Shown here: positions 26,078 through 35,612 of the stretch, one piece after another
Layout: every line of letters starts with the position of its first letter
Position numbering within the stretch: the first letter of the stretch is position 1
Source of the DNA: an uncultured Pseudomonadota bacterium
GTDB lineage: Bacteria > UBA10199 > JACPAL01 > GCA-016699445
Reading direction: 5' to 3'
DNA: 64,000 nt
Assembly (NCBI GenBank): GCA_964555055.1
Contig: CAZKQW010000012.1
Location: 4,897 to 68,896 of the forward strand
The notes under the pieces: model-generated
What the model saw: the letters and a program-made list of their open reading frames with translations, nothing else
Told to the model about the DNA's origin: nothing
The model's database searches: none
Position numbers and translations under genes: made by a program

Positions 26078-27781
26078 TTATCCTTCTTGGGTAACGCGGA
26101 CGACCTCTTCCAACGTCGTCACGCCTTGCTCCACCTTCTCCAAACCATTCTCCACCAGCGACTGGACGCCGTGCTTGCGGAACTCCGCCTCGATCACGTG
26201 ATCGGGAGACTTCTCGCTGATCAGCTTCCTCACCGTCTCGTCGATCGCGGCCAATTCGAAGATTCCGGCACGGCCCTTGTAACCACTCATCCGACAGACC
26301 TTACACCCTTGACCGCGGAAGGCTTTCTTCACCGTCCGACCGAGGAGATGCATGAGAGCCGGGCTCGGCTCGTCTTCCACCTTGCACTCAGGACAGATTT
26401 TTCTCACCAAGCGCTGAGCCAATACGCCGATCAAGGCCGACGATAGGAGGAAGTGCTCCACGCCCAGATCGTTCATGCGCGAGATCGCGCCCGCCGCCGA
26501 ATTCGTATGCAGCGTCGACAATACCAAATGCCCGGTGATCGCGGCCCGAACGGCGATCTCTCCGGTCTCTCCGTCGCGGATTTCACCGATCATGATCACG
26601 TCCGGATCTTGGCGCAGGATCGACCTCAAGGCCGATGCGAACGTCACGCCCGCCTTCGCGTTGATCTGGGTCTGATTCACGCCCGCCACTTCGCTTTCGA
26701 CCGGATCCTCGACCGAGATGATGTTTTTGTCCGGGCTATTGATGCGAGAAAGGGCAGCGTAGAGCGTCGTCGATTTTCCGGAGCCGGTCGGTCCCGTTAC
26801 GAGAAAGATTCCGTGGCTCTTGCCGATCAAGTCCGCGAACGTCTTCCGGTCTTTTTCCGAAAATCCGACCGATTCGATGCTCGCCACGCCTTCCTTCGTC
26901 AGCAGACGCATGACGATTTTCTCGCCGTATAATGTCGGCAGTGTGGAAACGCGCATGTCCAGGGGCTTGCCACCGATCTTGATCCGCACGCGACCATCTT
27001 GGGGAGCCCGCCTTTCAGCGATATCCAAACCCGCCAAGATCTTGATGCGGGATGTCACCGGATGGATCATTTCCTTATGCAAAAAACCACGTTCCTCTAA
27101 GAGTCCGTCAACGCGATAGCGCACGCGCACACCCTCCTGCCTCGGTTCGATATGGATGTCGGAGGCCTTATCTATGAAAGCCTGCACGATGAGTTGATTG
27201 ACTGTCTGAATGACCTTCGGGCCCGTCGCGATCTTTTCGAGGTTTCCACCCGTGTCTCCGGCGTCATCGGACGCCAGATTCACCAGTTCCAACTGCATCG
27301 CTACATCCGCGGAATCCGAAGCTTTTTTGGCGGCGCTGTGCCCGTAAGATTCGGCGATACAGCGGTCGATTTCCTGCTGGGAGGACAAAACGGGTTTGAT
27401 CTCGAGGTTTCCCAAGGCTTGCTTCAAGTCTTCCATCGCGAATCGGTCGAAAGGATCGGTCATCGCGATGATGACTTTTTCATCTTCGATATACAGGGGC
27501 ATCAGATGATAGCGTCGGGCGATATGAAGCGGGATTTTTTGAGTGAGTTGCGCCTGGATTTTCGAGGCATCTAAAGACACGTATGGGACGGCGAGCTGTT
27601 CTCCGAGGAATTCCAGCAACAAAGGCTCGCTCACGAAGCCTTTTTTCAACAAAATCTGGCCTAAGTCCTCCCCTAAATTCTGCTGGCTGACGCGCGCCAC
27701 GGTCAATTGATCCTTGGTCAAAAGCCCCTTGGCCACCAATTTATCGGCTAAATCGCTGCTCAAGTGATTCAAAAGCCCCAT
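26078..27781 (-). CDS. pilB: type IV pilus assembly ATPase PilB (GspE family)
   Basis: Start taken at MGLLNHLSSDLADKL… Walker A GPTGSGKSTT. C-terminal tetracysteine CPECK…CKVC. Confidence 0.85.
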   Translation of the reverse strand: MGLLNHLSSDLADKLVAKGLLTKDQLTVARVSQQNLGEDLGQILLKKGFVSEPLLLEFLGEQLAVPYVSLDASKIQAQLTQKIPLHIARRYHLMPLYIEDEKVIIAMTDPFDRFAMEDLKQALGNLEIKPVLSSQQEIDRCIAESYGHSAAKKASDSADVAMQLELVNLASDDAGDTGGNLEKIATGPKVIQTVNQLIVQAFIDKASDIHIEPRQEGVRVRYRVDGLLEERGFLHKEMIHPVTSRIKILAGLDIAERRAPQDGRVRIKIGGKPLDMRVSTLPTLYGEKIVMRLLTKEGVASIESVGFSEKDRKTFADLIGKSHGIFLVTGPTGSGKSTTLYAALSRINSPDKNIISVEDPVESEVAGVNQTQINAKAGVTFASALRSILRQDPDVIMIGEIRDGETGEIAVRAAITGHLVLSTLHTNSAAGAISRMNDLGVEHFLLSSALIGVLAQRLVRKICPECKVEDEPSPALMHLLGRTVKKAFRGQGCKVCRMSGYKGRAGIFELAAIDETVRKLISEKSPDHVIEAEFRKHGVQSLVENGLEKVEQGVTTLEEVVRVTQEG

Positions 27782-27932
27782 AACCCGTACCCTTCTTCTG
27801 TGAGGATTCCCAAATGCTCCCAACGACAGGTAGCGCCCATCCCTAAAGGGAAAAATCCGTTCCGGAAAAACTTTGTCCGTGGTGCCTCCGTAAATCCTCA
27901 TGCTAAAATCATGAGCTGGAACGGAGGCCCGC

Positions 27933-28988
27933 ATGCCATCATTAAAAGAACTTTTGGGAAAACTCGTGGAAATGAAGGGATCGGACCTTCATCTGACGGC
28001 CGGATCGCCGCCTCAAATCCGCCTTGACGGACACCTTCACAAGCTAGAACTTCCGCCGATGACGGGCGATGACGTCAAGGCCACCTGCTACGAGATCCTT
28101 TCAGAGGAGCAAAAAGGATCCTTCGAAAAAAACTGGGAATTGGATTTGAGCTTTGAAATGGCGGGCATCGCGCGTTTCCGCGCCAATCTCTATTGGCAAA
28201 AAGGGAACGTCGCCGCCGCCTACCGCATCATCCCGATCAAGATGCCGGACCCGAAAGAGATCGGTCTCCCCCAATCCGCCATCGACCTTACGAAAAAGCC
28301 GCGAGGGATGGTGCTCGTCACCGGACCGACGGGCTCCGGGAAATCCACGACGCTCGCCTCCCTCATCAACCTCATCAACATGACTCGGCACGACCATATC
28401 GTCACGGTGGAGGATCCGATCGAGTTCGTCCACGAGCACAAGAACTGCTTCGTCACGCAGCGCGAGATCGGCCAGGACTCCCACTCCTTTACGAATTCAT
28501 TGAAATACGTCCTACGCCAGGACCCCGACGTCATCCTCATCGGAGAAATGCGCGACCTCGAGACGATCGCCGCCGCCATCACGATATCCGAAACCGGCCA
28601 CTTGGTCTTCGCGACTCTCCATACGAACTCCGCGGTCCAGACCATCAACCGCGTCATCGACGTCTTTCCCTCGCACCAGCAGGCGCAAGTCCGCACCCAA
28701 CTTTCCTTCATCTTGGAAGGCGTCCTCTCCCAGCAACTGCTCCCCAAAATCGGCGGTGGCCGCTGCCTCGGCCTCGAAGTGATGATCCCCACGCCCGCCA
28801 TCCGCAACCTGATCCGCGAGGATAAGGTCCACCAAATCTATTCGCAAATGCAGATGGGTCGTCAGATCACGGGCATGCAGACGATGAACCAATGCCTATC
28901 CGAATTGGTGAAAGCCGGCACTTTGGAAAAGGAAACCGCCCTCTCCCGCTGCACGGACATCGAGGAGTTTAAGAAATTATGCCCTTAA
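27933..28988 (+). CDS. pilT: twitching motility retraction ATPase PilT
   Basis: 351 aa. GPTGSGKSTT Walker A. PilT-type AIRNLIREDKVHQI motif. Divergent from pilB. Confidence 0.85.
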   Translation: MPSLKELLGKLVEMKGSDLHLTAGSPPQIRLDGHLHKLELPPMTGDDVKATCYEILSEEQKGSFEKNWELDLSFEMAGIARFRANLYWQKGNVAAAYRIIPIKMPDPKEIGLPQSAIDLTKKPRGMVLVTGPTGSGKSTTLASLINLINMTRHDHIVTVEDPIEFVHEHKNCFVTQREIGQDSHSFTNSLKYVLRQDPDVILIGEMRDLETIAAAITISETGHLVFATLHTNSAVQTINRVIDVFPSHQQAQVRTQLSFILEGVLSQQLLPKIGGGRCLGLEVMIPTPAIRNLIREDKVHQIYSQMQMGRQITGMQTMNQCLSELVKAGTLEKETALSRCTDIEEFKKLCP

Positions 28989-29471
28989 ACGGAAATCTTC
29001 AGCGGGCACCGCACGGGTGAGCCGTAGAGGCCCCTCTTGCCGCGTCAGCTTAGTGGCCAGTACGATTTCGCATCCGTAGAATCGCGTCTGTTCGCGGACG
29101 ACGTCTAAAAACGCCTCACGGTAGCTTTGCCGAGTCTTTACCGCCTCCGTATCCGCGGCTGACATTCCCGGAGGAAAGACGAGGGCAAATTCCATTAGAG
29201 CTTGCGCACAGACTGATTTATCGCGGTCAACACTCCCGGCAACTCGGACGGAACTCATGCATTCCCAAAACGGGTCAGGACAAAAACGAAGGCAAACATC
29301 CACGAAAGATTTCATCGCTTCGACGTGAGGGATAACGGCTTCGACGTCCTCCCAGGAAGCGATCGGCTTCCTCATCCACGCGACGAGCCAAAGATTTTCC
29401 TTAAAAAGCGTTAAAGCCGCTTCCCCCGTCTTCACAGAGCCTGGAATCTCCGTCCTCTTCGACATGGTCAT
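28977..29471 (-). CDS. hypothetical protein
   Basis: Start taken at MTMSKRTEIPG. No recognizable motif. Its 3' end overlaps the pilT 3' end (convergent). Confidence 0.3.
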   Translation of the reverse strand: MTMSKRTEIPGSVKTGEAALTLFKENLWLVAWMRKPIASWEDVEAVIPHVEAMKSFVDVCLRFCPDPFWECMSSVRVAGSVDRDKSVCAQALMEFALVFPPGMSAADTEAVKTRQSYREAFLDVVREQTRFYGCEIVLATKLTRQEGPLRLTRAVPAEDFRLRA

Positions 29472-29687
29472 CACATGGGCATTGTCTACCCTTTGATGTG
29501 CGCTCGACGTGTAGGAAGAGGCTGGGATCCAGCGAAGCACCGATTATCCGTATAGCCAACGCAAGTCGTGTTCTGGGTAGGCAAGTCCAAAGCGGAGCAA
29601 TAAGCGCTAAAAACCATGGGGAGTTTTATTTCCATCATAAGGTTTCTCGGCATCTCGCCCTAAATGGTTGCGTTTTTTTTCGAAAGC

Positions 29688-31157
29688 TCAGGTGATATTT
29701 TCCGAGTGACGGATCCAAGAGAGCCATGCATCGGTGACGACGTCCCACGTGTATTCGCGATGGGCGCGGATTCGGGCGTTCCGGGACAGGATTTCCCAAG
29801 CGCCCGGAGCCTCGAAAAGACGGCTTACAGCCTGAGCCAACGAGTCTATGAGCGCTTCTGGGTCTTCCGCATAGGGCACGACGGTCCCGCCAGCGTTGGG
29901 AGCTGGTACGCCTAAAGTCTCAGGCAGTGCCCCACGATCCGAAGAGATCACGGGGACGCCAGCCGCCATAGCCTCTATAGCGGCGATGCAAGAGGTCTCG
30001 CTGGAGCTGACGTTCGGGTATAGCAGGATCGCGCATTCATGCAAAAGCCGGTAAAGGTCCCGTTTCTTCAGAGACCCATGGAAGACGACACCTTCTTTCT
30101 GGAGGGCCGGAAGCAATGGCCGGAGTTGGGGATCGTCTTCCAGCTTCTTTTCATTCGTGTAGGTGCACACGTGAAGCTCCGCATCCGCATACCGAGCCTT
30201 CAATTTTTCGAAAACTCGGACCGCCTCTTTCAGGCCTCGTTCGGGTCGGCTCATGTATAGAAGTTTGTGCGAAAACCGCGCGGGCCCGGGAAACTCAAAA
30301 TCCTCTGTGACGAATCCATTCCGCGTCTTGAAGAAAAGATCTTCTGGGATCCGATAAAGCTCCTTCACGAATTCCTTCTGGTAGTCGCTCAGGACTAAGA
30401 CCCTCTCGATCTTAGATACATGGGGAGTCAGATCCTCCCCCATCGTCAACCCCATATCGTGCAGCCACACCACCTGCCGACACTTCACGCGATGCTGCAA
30501 AATCGGATACAGGTACCGGGAAGACACCAGCAAGGGATAAGGCCGAACGTACCCGTAGGCATAAAAATCTTGGATGGGAAAATACGCCACGCCCGCGTAA
30601 ACTTTCGCGGCCGGGGTCGGACAAAAGCAAACTACGCGAAGTCCCCTTTCATGGAGTTTTTGGGCCATCCTCACGAACGCCGTCTCGCTACCGCCCAAAC
30701 CCTCTCGCGCAAGGGAATCGGGGGAAAAAGGTTTTCGCGCTAAAGTCCCCGTGAAAAAAACGACGTCAGCCGACGGCCCACCCCTGTAAGCGGGTTCGTT
30801 CTCGGCGATGAATCTCAAAAGATCCGAGTCCTCGGGATCCAAGCATGAAACGAATTTTAATTTTTTCAAACGGAGAGACGTTTTTTCCAGGCGGTAAAGG
30901 CAGCTATGGATGCTTTTCAGAAAGGGTGCATGCCGTTTCGTGTCGGTTTCGAGAAGATAGGCTTTACGGTAAAACGCTTCTGCGGACTTGGCGTCGCCGG
31001 ATTCCTCGGCGATCACCCCTTGGTAGAGGGGCCATTCGCAAGAAGAAGGCTCCAGAAGGCTTCGATTCTCACAAAAGTCATGGGCCGTTCCCCATCGCCG
31101 AGTCTCCACGAGTTCGCGCACGTCGTCAAAGGCCATGCGCCACCGTAGCACGCGCAC
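29688..31157 (-). CDS. glycosyltransferase family 4 with N-terminal TPR-like region
   Basis: GT-B/GT4 motifs GGSETAFVRMAQKL and EAMAAGVPVISSDRGALPE. ~150-aa helical N-terminal extension. Confidence 0.7.
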   Translation of the reverse strand: MRVLRWRMAFDDVRELVETRRWGTAHDFCENRSLLEPSSCEWPLYQGVIAEESGDAKSAEAFYRKAYLLETDTKRHAPFLKSIHSCLYRLEKTSLRLKKLKFVSCLDPEDSDLLRFIAENEPAYRGGPSADVVFFTGTLARKPFSPDSLAREGLGGSETAFVRMAQKLHERGLRVVCFCPTPAAKVYAGVAYFPIQDFYAYGYVRPYPLLVSSRYLYPILQHRVKCRQVVWLHDMGLTMGEDLTPHVSKIERVLVLSDYQKEFVKELYRIPEDLFFKTRNGFVTEDFEFPGPARFSHKLLYMSRPERGLKEAVRVFEKLKARYADAELHVCTYTNEKKLEDDPQLRPLLPALQKEGVVFHGSLKKRDLYRLLHECAILLYPNVSSSETSCIAAIEAMAAGVPVISSDRGALPETLGVPAPNAGGTVVPYAEDPEALIDSLAQAVSRLFEAPGAWEILSRNARIRAHREYTWDVVTDAWLSWIRHSENIT

Positions 31158-31187
31158 GGTCTTCGACTAAGTAATTTTTACGGATTG

Positions 31188-31260
31188 TGGGCCGTGCAGG
31201 GATCGAACCTGCGACCCGGTGATTAAGAGTCACCTGCTCTACCAACTGAGCTAACGGCCC
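31188..31260 (-). tRNA. tRNA-Lys: tRNA-Lys(CTT)
   Basis: Manual fold: GGGCCGT acceptor, D-arm GCTC…GAGC, anticodon loop CTCTTAA, T-arm GCAGGTTCGATCCCTGC. 73 nt, no encoded CCA. Confidence 0.8.
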
Positions 31261-31368
31261 GGCGTGCCTTACGGAAACGCGAGAACGTGGGCGGTTAGTG
31301 GAAAGTTTTCCGGGCGTCAATAGGTGATTGACGAAGGTGATTGACGAAGGAAATTCACGCCAATCCGA

Positions 31369-32073
31369 TCAGGACAGATCGAAAAGAAGAACCTCCGCCG
31401 TAGAGTCGCCGGTTTTGATTTCCAAAAGTTTGGTTTCGCTCGCTGCAGCTCCGTCGCCAGCGTTTAGAGCCTGCCCATTAAGTTCAACGGCGCCCCGAGC
31501 TACTTGCAGCCATGCGACGCGCTTCGGCGCAAGATCGTAGGAGACGGAGGATCCGGTCTTTAGGCGTGCCACGAAAAGATTCATGTCCTGCCGCACGGCG
31601 ATCGAACCTTCGCGCCCATCCGAAGACGCCACCAACGTCAACTTTCCCGACGCCAACGCGTCCGCGTAGCTCTTCTGCCCGTAACGCGGCTCGTACCCCC
31701 GCTTGTCCGGGAGGATCCAAATCTGCAGCAGATGCACCGTCTTGTCCGAAGATGCGTTGAATTCGCTATGCGTCACGCCCGTGCCCGCGGACATGTACTG
31801 GACCTCGCCCGGCCGGATCACGGACCCGTTCCCCATGCTGTCCTTATGCTCGAGCTCGCCCTCGAGCACGTAGGTGACGATCTCCATGTCGTTATGCGGG
31901 TGCGTGCCGAACCCCTCCCCCGCCGCGACCCGGTCTTCGTTGATCACGCGCAGCGACCGGAACCCCATGTGCTTAGGATCGTAATAATCGCTGAACGAAA
32001 ACGTATGGTACGTATCGAGCCACCCATGGTCGAAGTGGCCCCGGGCTTGGGATTTTCGGATGTGAAGCGGCAT
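31369..32073 (-). CDS. pirin family protein
   Basis: …GFGTHPHNDMEIVTYVLEGELEHKDSMGNG… cupin motifs. Confidence 0.85.
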   Translation of the reverse strand: MPLHIRKSQARGHFDHGWLDTYHTFSFSDYYDPKHMGFRSLRVINEDRVAAGEGFGTHPHNDMEIVTYVLEGELEHKDSMGNGSVIRPGEVQYMSAGTGVTHSEFNASSDKTVHLLQIWILPDKRGYEPRYGQKSYADALASGKLTLVASSDGREGSIAVRQDMNLFVARLKTGSSVSYDLAPKRVAWLQVARGAVELNGQALNAGDGAAASETKLLEIKTGDSTAEVLLFDLS

Positions 32074-32076
32074 GGA

Positions 32077-33096
32077 TTACCTCCCGTTTATGAATCGCCT
32101 CTCGATTGCATCCCACCAGCCATACACCGTACGGGCGTCGGGGCCTAGGTTTATCGCGTTCGTGGAGAGATCAGCACGAAAATGAAGGACACTCTCCCGC
32201 AGGGAATACGGAAACTCCAGATCCACGAAATTGACCAGGTAAAGCAATACGCCCTCCCAATAAGCGCCAGGGACGACATCCAGGACAATGTCCAGGAAGC
32301 GGCATGCCGTCGACCGGTCGCGGGCCGGAGTCAGGAACGACATCCTCGCCGCATGGTCTTTATCATGCTCTTCGAATTCGACCGGGTGCCGCGGCTTCGC
32401 TTCATCAAACGCGATCCAGCCCCGGAGTTGCTTGCCCACGACCGTGAACCCTTCCGCATGGGCTGCATTATAGGGAGTGGGCTCCACCTCGTCGGAGGAA
32501 GCGTAAAGCCGCATGGCGTTCTCCCCGCAAAAGACGTCCAAAACGGCCTCTAAAAGCGAATCCGCCAAGCGCCTCTCGCGAACGCTGCCGTCGGGCAACT
32601 CACCGATGAAATGCAGCCCATAATGCCCCAAATTTTTCTGCAAAAAAGGCGAGACTTTCTCCCCGGGAAGCTCCCCCTCCGACGTGATCTCGAGGACTTG
32701 GCCTTCGACATCGGACACCCGGGCCACCGTTTCGAGCACCCGAGCCCGCTTCTCAAGGGTCTCCGCGGACAAGGGAGGTTGCGAAGGCTCCCAAGCCTCG
32801 AAGAGGCGCGAGGCCGGGTAGACCCGACAATCCTTCACCCGCGGATTTTCACGCAAAGGATGACGCTGCAGGGCGATCGAAAGAGGATCGACGACGCGAC
32901 GGAGTTTTCCTCCTTCTTCCAAGGTCTTGAGGAGCCGGGCCTTGTCTTCCCCGTCCAAAAATTGCGTCGTAGGCAAGGCCCGGCGCAAGTCCCCTAAGAA
33001 TCTCGCTTCCAGGGAAGCAATGAGACGCGACTGGGAATCCACGGAAAAAACCCCGGGGCCTAGAACGGAATAAGTCCTCGTTTCGATGGGCGGCAC
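32077..33096 (-). CDS. hypothetical protein
   Basis: 339 aa with no signal peptide. Shares the pirin gene's orientation (3-nt gap). No motif recognized. Confidence 0.3.
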   Translation of the reverse strand: MPPIETRTYSVLGPGVFSVDSQSRLIASLEARFLGDLRRALPTTQFLDGEDKARLLKTLEEGGKLRRVVDPLSIALQRHPLRENPRVKDCRVYPASRLFEAWEPSQPPLSAETLEKRARVLETVARVSDVEGQVLEITSEGELPGEKVSPFLQKNLGHYGLHFIGELPDGSVRERRLADSLLEAVLDVFCGENAMRLYASSDEVEPTPYNAAHAEGFTVVGKQLRGWIAFDEAKPRHPVEFEEHDKDHAARMSFLTPARDRSTACRFLDIVLDVVPGAYWEGVLLYLVNFVDLEFPYSLRESVLHFRADLSTNAINLGPDARTVYGWWDAIERRFINGR

Positions 33097-33191
33097 GGGA
33101 AAGTTATCGGCATTTCGGGAGGAAAGTTGTCTCGTATTTTACTTGAATCGGCCCGGGCCTAAAAGTACACGCCCTCAGTCCTTATGAGCGC

Positions 33192-33273
33192 GCCGCAGTG
33201 GTGGAATTGGCAGACACACTAGGCTTAGAACCTAGCGGGTAAAACCATGGGGGTTCGAGTCCCTCCTGCGGCA
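33192..33273 (+). tRNA. tRNA-Leu: tRNA-Leu(TAG)
   Basis: Acceptor GCCGCAG/CTGCGGC. Anticodon loop CTTAGAA. Long variable arm. T-arm GGGGGTTCGAGTCCCTC. 82 nt. Confidence 0.75.
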
Positions 33274-33415
33274 TTTTCATTCTTACTCAGGCATCCTAGT
33301 ATGTCCCTCCGTATAAGCCATACCATTTAATATTTTTTTTAAACCACCCAAATTCCTGACATCCTAGAGTCGTGGAATGATGCCAGCACGACTTCGACTC
33401 AATACATTCGGGATT

Positions 33416-33949
33416 TTATCTTTGAGAAGCGGAGAGAGGACTAGGCGTTGGGACCAGGAGATCTTCGAGAAAAAAAGCGGAAAGCTCGGATCGGCCGGAA
33501 ATCCCCGCCTTGGAGTAAATGGCCATGGATTGCACACGCGCCGTTTTTTCTGTTGTGCCGCGAATCTCAGCGACCTCCTTGAGGCTCAAACCCTTAAGCA
33601 ATAAAAAGGCCACTTCCTTTTCCGAAACGGTTAAATCCCACTTCGTCAACTGCTGATCAATGGCCAAAGACAGCCCTTCGATGTATTTTTTGGATTCCAT
33701 GCGCCACGTTTCCGCTTCACGCTTAAACGCGGAAAAAGAATCCATTTCTTTTTGCAAACGCTGACGCAGAGTGATGGTGCCACTCAAAAGATAAAAAATA
33801 CCCGTCAAAGCAAAAATCCCGGCCACCCCTTCCATCATAAGATGCCAAAGAACCACCCCTTCTCTTGAATCCGTGATGAGATCCCATGCGACCAATACAG
33901 CGATCACCCCCAGCACCCTGACCACCACCCATCTTTCTTTTGGATTCAT
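33416..33949 (-). CDS. membrane-anchored LuxR-family HTH regulator
   Basis: Two N-terminal TM helices, then C-terminal LuxR HTH …LTVSEKEVAFLLLKGLSLKEVAEIRGTTEKTARVQSMAIYSKAG. Confidence 0.6.
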   Translation of the reverse strand: MNPKERWVVVRVLGVIAVLVAWDLITDSREGVVLWHLMMEGVAGIFALTGIFYLLSGTITLRQRLQKEMDSFSAFKREAETWRMESKKYIEGLSLAIDQQLTKWDLTVSEKEVAFLLLKGLSLKEVAEIRGTTEKTARVQSMAIYSKAGISGRSELSAFFLEDLLVPTPSPLSASQR

Positions 33950-33964
33950 CTTCCGACCTCGTTC

Positions 33965-34711
33965 TTAATCATCATCTTCCTCATGTTTGTTTTCTCCTCG
34001 AGGCGACCTAAAAGACTCAGACTCTTCCCCTTCATTTTCTCCTAATTGAAGCGTATTTCCGAAAAGATTCAATGTTTGCTTTTGAGCGTCAAAATAATGG
34101 AACAAATAAAGACTAAACGCGGCAACCAGAGCCACAAATACAAGCGCGACACCCGCCTGAGAACTCGCAATCGCATCATTCGCTTCGACTTCATTTTTTT
34201 CACCATGGAGCATTGAAAATGCAATCCCGTCGCGGTGACGAAATGAATGTATGAGGATGCCCGCGGTATGCATTAAAACAACCATGAGAAAAGCATTGGC
34301 AAAAAGCTCATGGACATCCTCAAAGGTTTCTTTTTGTCCACTGCCCATCAAATATCCTGTTACTCCTAGCCCCAAAGCACATCCAAACATAGCCATCGAT
34401 GCCCAGCTCGAAGCGGGGTTATGTCCGACCCATTTTCGCTTTTGTCCGGACATCATGGAAGTGAAGTAGGAAATAAGATCCTTTGGATGCAGGGCAAAAG
34501 ACGAGAATCGGGAATATTTGGCTCCTAAAAATCCCCAAATAAGCCGGAGGGTGACGAGGGAGGCCAACAGGAATCCAGCGAGCATATGGTAAGAAAAAGC
34601 CGGTGTTTCATCGTCAACCGTTTTAGCGATCAAAAATGCCCCCACAAAGAGAGCTGCGAAGAGCCAGTGGAACACCCTCATGGGCAGATCGTAGACGAGT
34701 TGTTTTTTCAT
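33965..34711 (-). CDS. cytochrome b561 family protein
   Basis: Start taken at MKKQLVYDLPMRVFHW. 4 TM helices with conserved His. Acidic C-terminal tail. Confidence 0.6.
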   Translation of the reverse strand: MKKQLVYDLPMRVFHWLFAALFVGAFLIAKTVDDETPAFSYHMLAGFLLASLVTLRLIWGFLGAKYSRFSSFALHPKDLISYFTSMMSGQKRKWVGHNPASSWASMAMFGCALGLGVTGYLMGSGQKETFEDVHELFANAFLMVVLMHTAGILIHSFRHRDGIAFSMLHGEKNEVEANDAIASSQAGVALVFVALVAAFSLYLFHYFDAQKQTLNLFGNTLQLGENEGEESESFRSPRGENKHEEDDD

Positions 34712-34877
34712 TTTTTCTCCGTTTTGAAGAGTTAAAGAGACTCTCAATAAGCGGAAACTTAAACCTTTTTATCGATAAGGACTATTGGGCAAATGACTTA
34801 AGGATCTAAAATCAGACACTTAGGCCATTTGAATGACGGAAAAATGGATTTCATGCTTTGGGAAGACTTGTAAAAAT

Positions 34878-34951
34878 GTGCGCCCAGCAAGATTCGAACT
34901 TGCGACCCTTGGTTTCGAAGACCAATGCTCTAATCCACTGAGCTATGGGCG
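34878..34951 (-). tRNA. tRNA-Arg: tRNA-Arg(TCG)
   Basis: GCGCCCA acceptor, D-arm GCTCAGTGGATTAGAGC, anticodon loop CTTCGAA, T-arm GCAAGTTCGAATCTTGC. 74 nt. Confidence 0.8.
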
Positions 34952-35123
34952 CCTAAAAAACATCCATGGCCCACTGCCAGCCAGAGGCTGGTCCGCCTCC
35001 GGCGGAAGCTATGGGCGCGTGGTATATTTTGCCACAAGAATCCGGCTTCGCCGTTTCGCGTGGCCCCGCTAGGGGGTTTGGGGGACATTGGCGTAAGCCA
35101 TCCCCCATTCTCCATCCCCCATT

Positions 35124-35516
35124 CTAATGATAAACGACTTCTTCTTTGGAGAGGGTGAACGGCGCGATCGTGGCGTCGAAGGCGTCACCGTCGTCGGTCA
35201 CCATCTGATACGTCCCGTGCATGACGCCCACGGGCGTCGTCAGGGGACAGAAGCTCGTGTACTCGAACGACTCCCCCGGCTCCAGGCGCGGCTGTTCCCC
35301 GACCACTCCGGGCCCCTGCACTTCCTCGGAGGCCCCGTCGGAATTGGTGATGATCCAATGCCGGCTGATCAACTTCACGGTCTCGTCGCCTTGGTTGGTG
35401 ATGCGGATGTGGTAGGCGAAGAAATACCGGTTTTGCGAGGGCTCGGAACGCTCCTCGACGTACTCGCTTTCCACCTCCACCTGCACCCCCCGCGTCGTGG
35501 CCGTTGACGTTGACAT
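35124..35516 (-). CDS. apaG: ApaG domain protein
   Basis: Start taken at MSTSTATT… YFFAYHIRITNQGDETVKLISRHWIITNSDG…EPGESFEYTSFCPLTTPVGVMHGTYQM. GC-rich. Confidence 0.7.
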   Translation of the reverse strand: MSTSTATTRGVQVEVESEYVEERSEPSQNRYFFAYHIRITNQGDETVKLISRHWIITNSDGASEEVQGPGVVGEQPRLEPGESFEYTSFCPLTTPVGVMHGTYQMVTDDGDAFDATIAPFTLSKEEVVYH

Positions 35517-35612
35517 AAGGCTGACCCTTAAGCCCAAAAACCGCCCCTTTGCCAAGCGAAAACTTCCGGAAAAAAGGGCAACTTTTCCCTCCGTTCGCCG
35601 AAAACAAAAGCG

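Noticed and set aside
28193-28825. 210-aa His/Arg/Pro-rich + strand ORF and several minus ORFs inside pilT
   Set aside because: Alternative-frame or antisense shadows of the well-supported pilT CDS.
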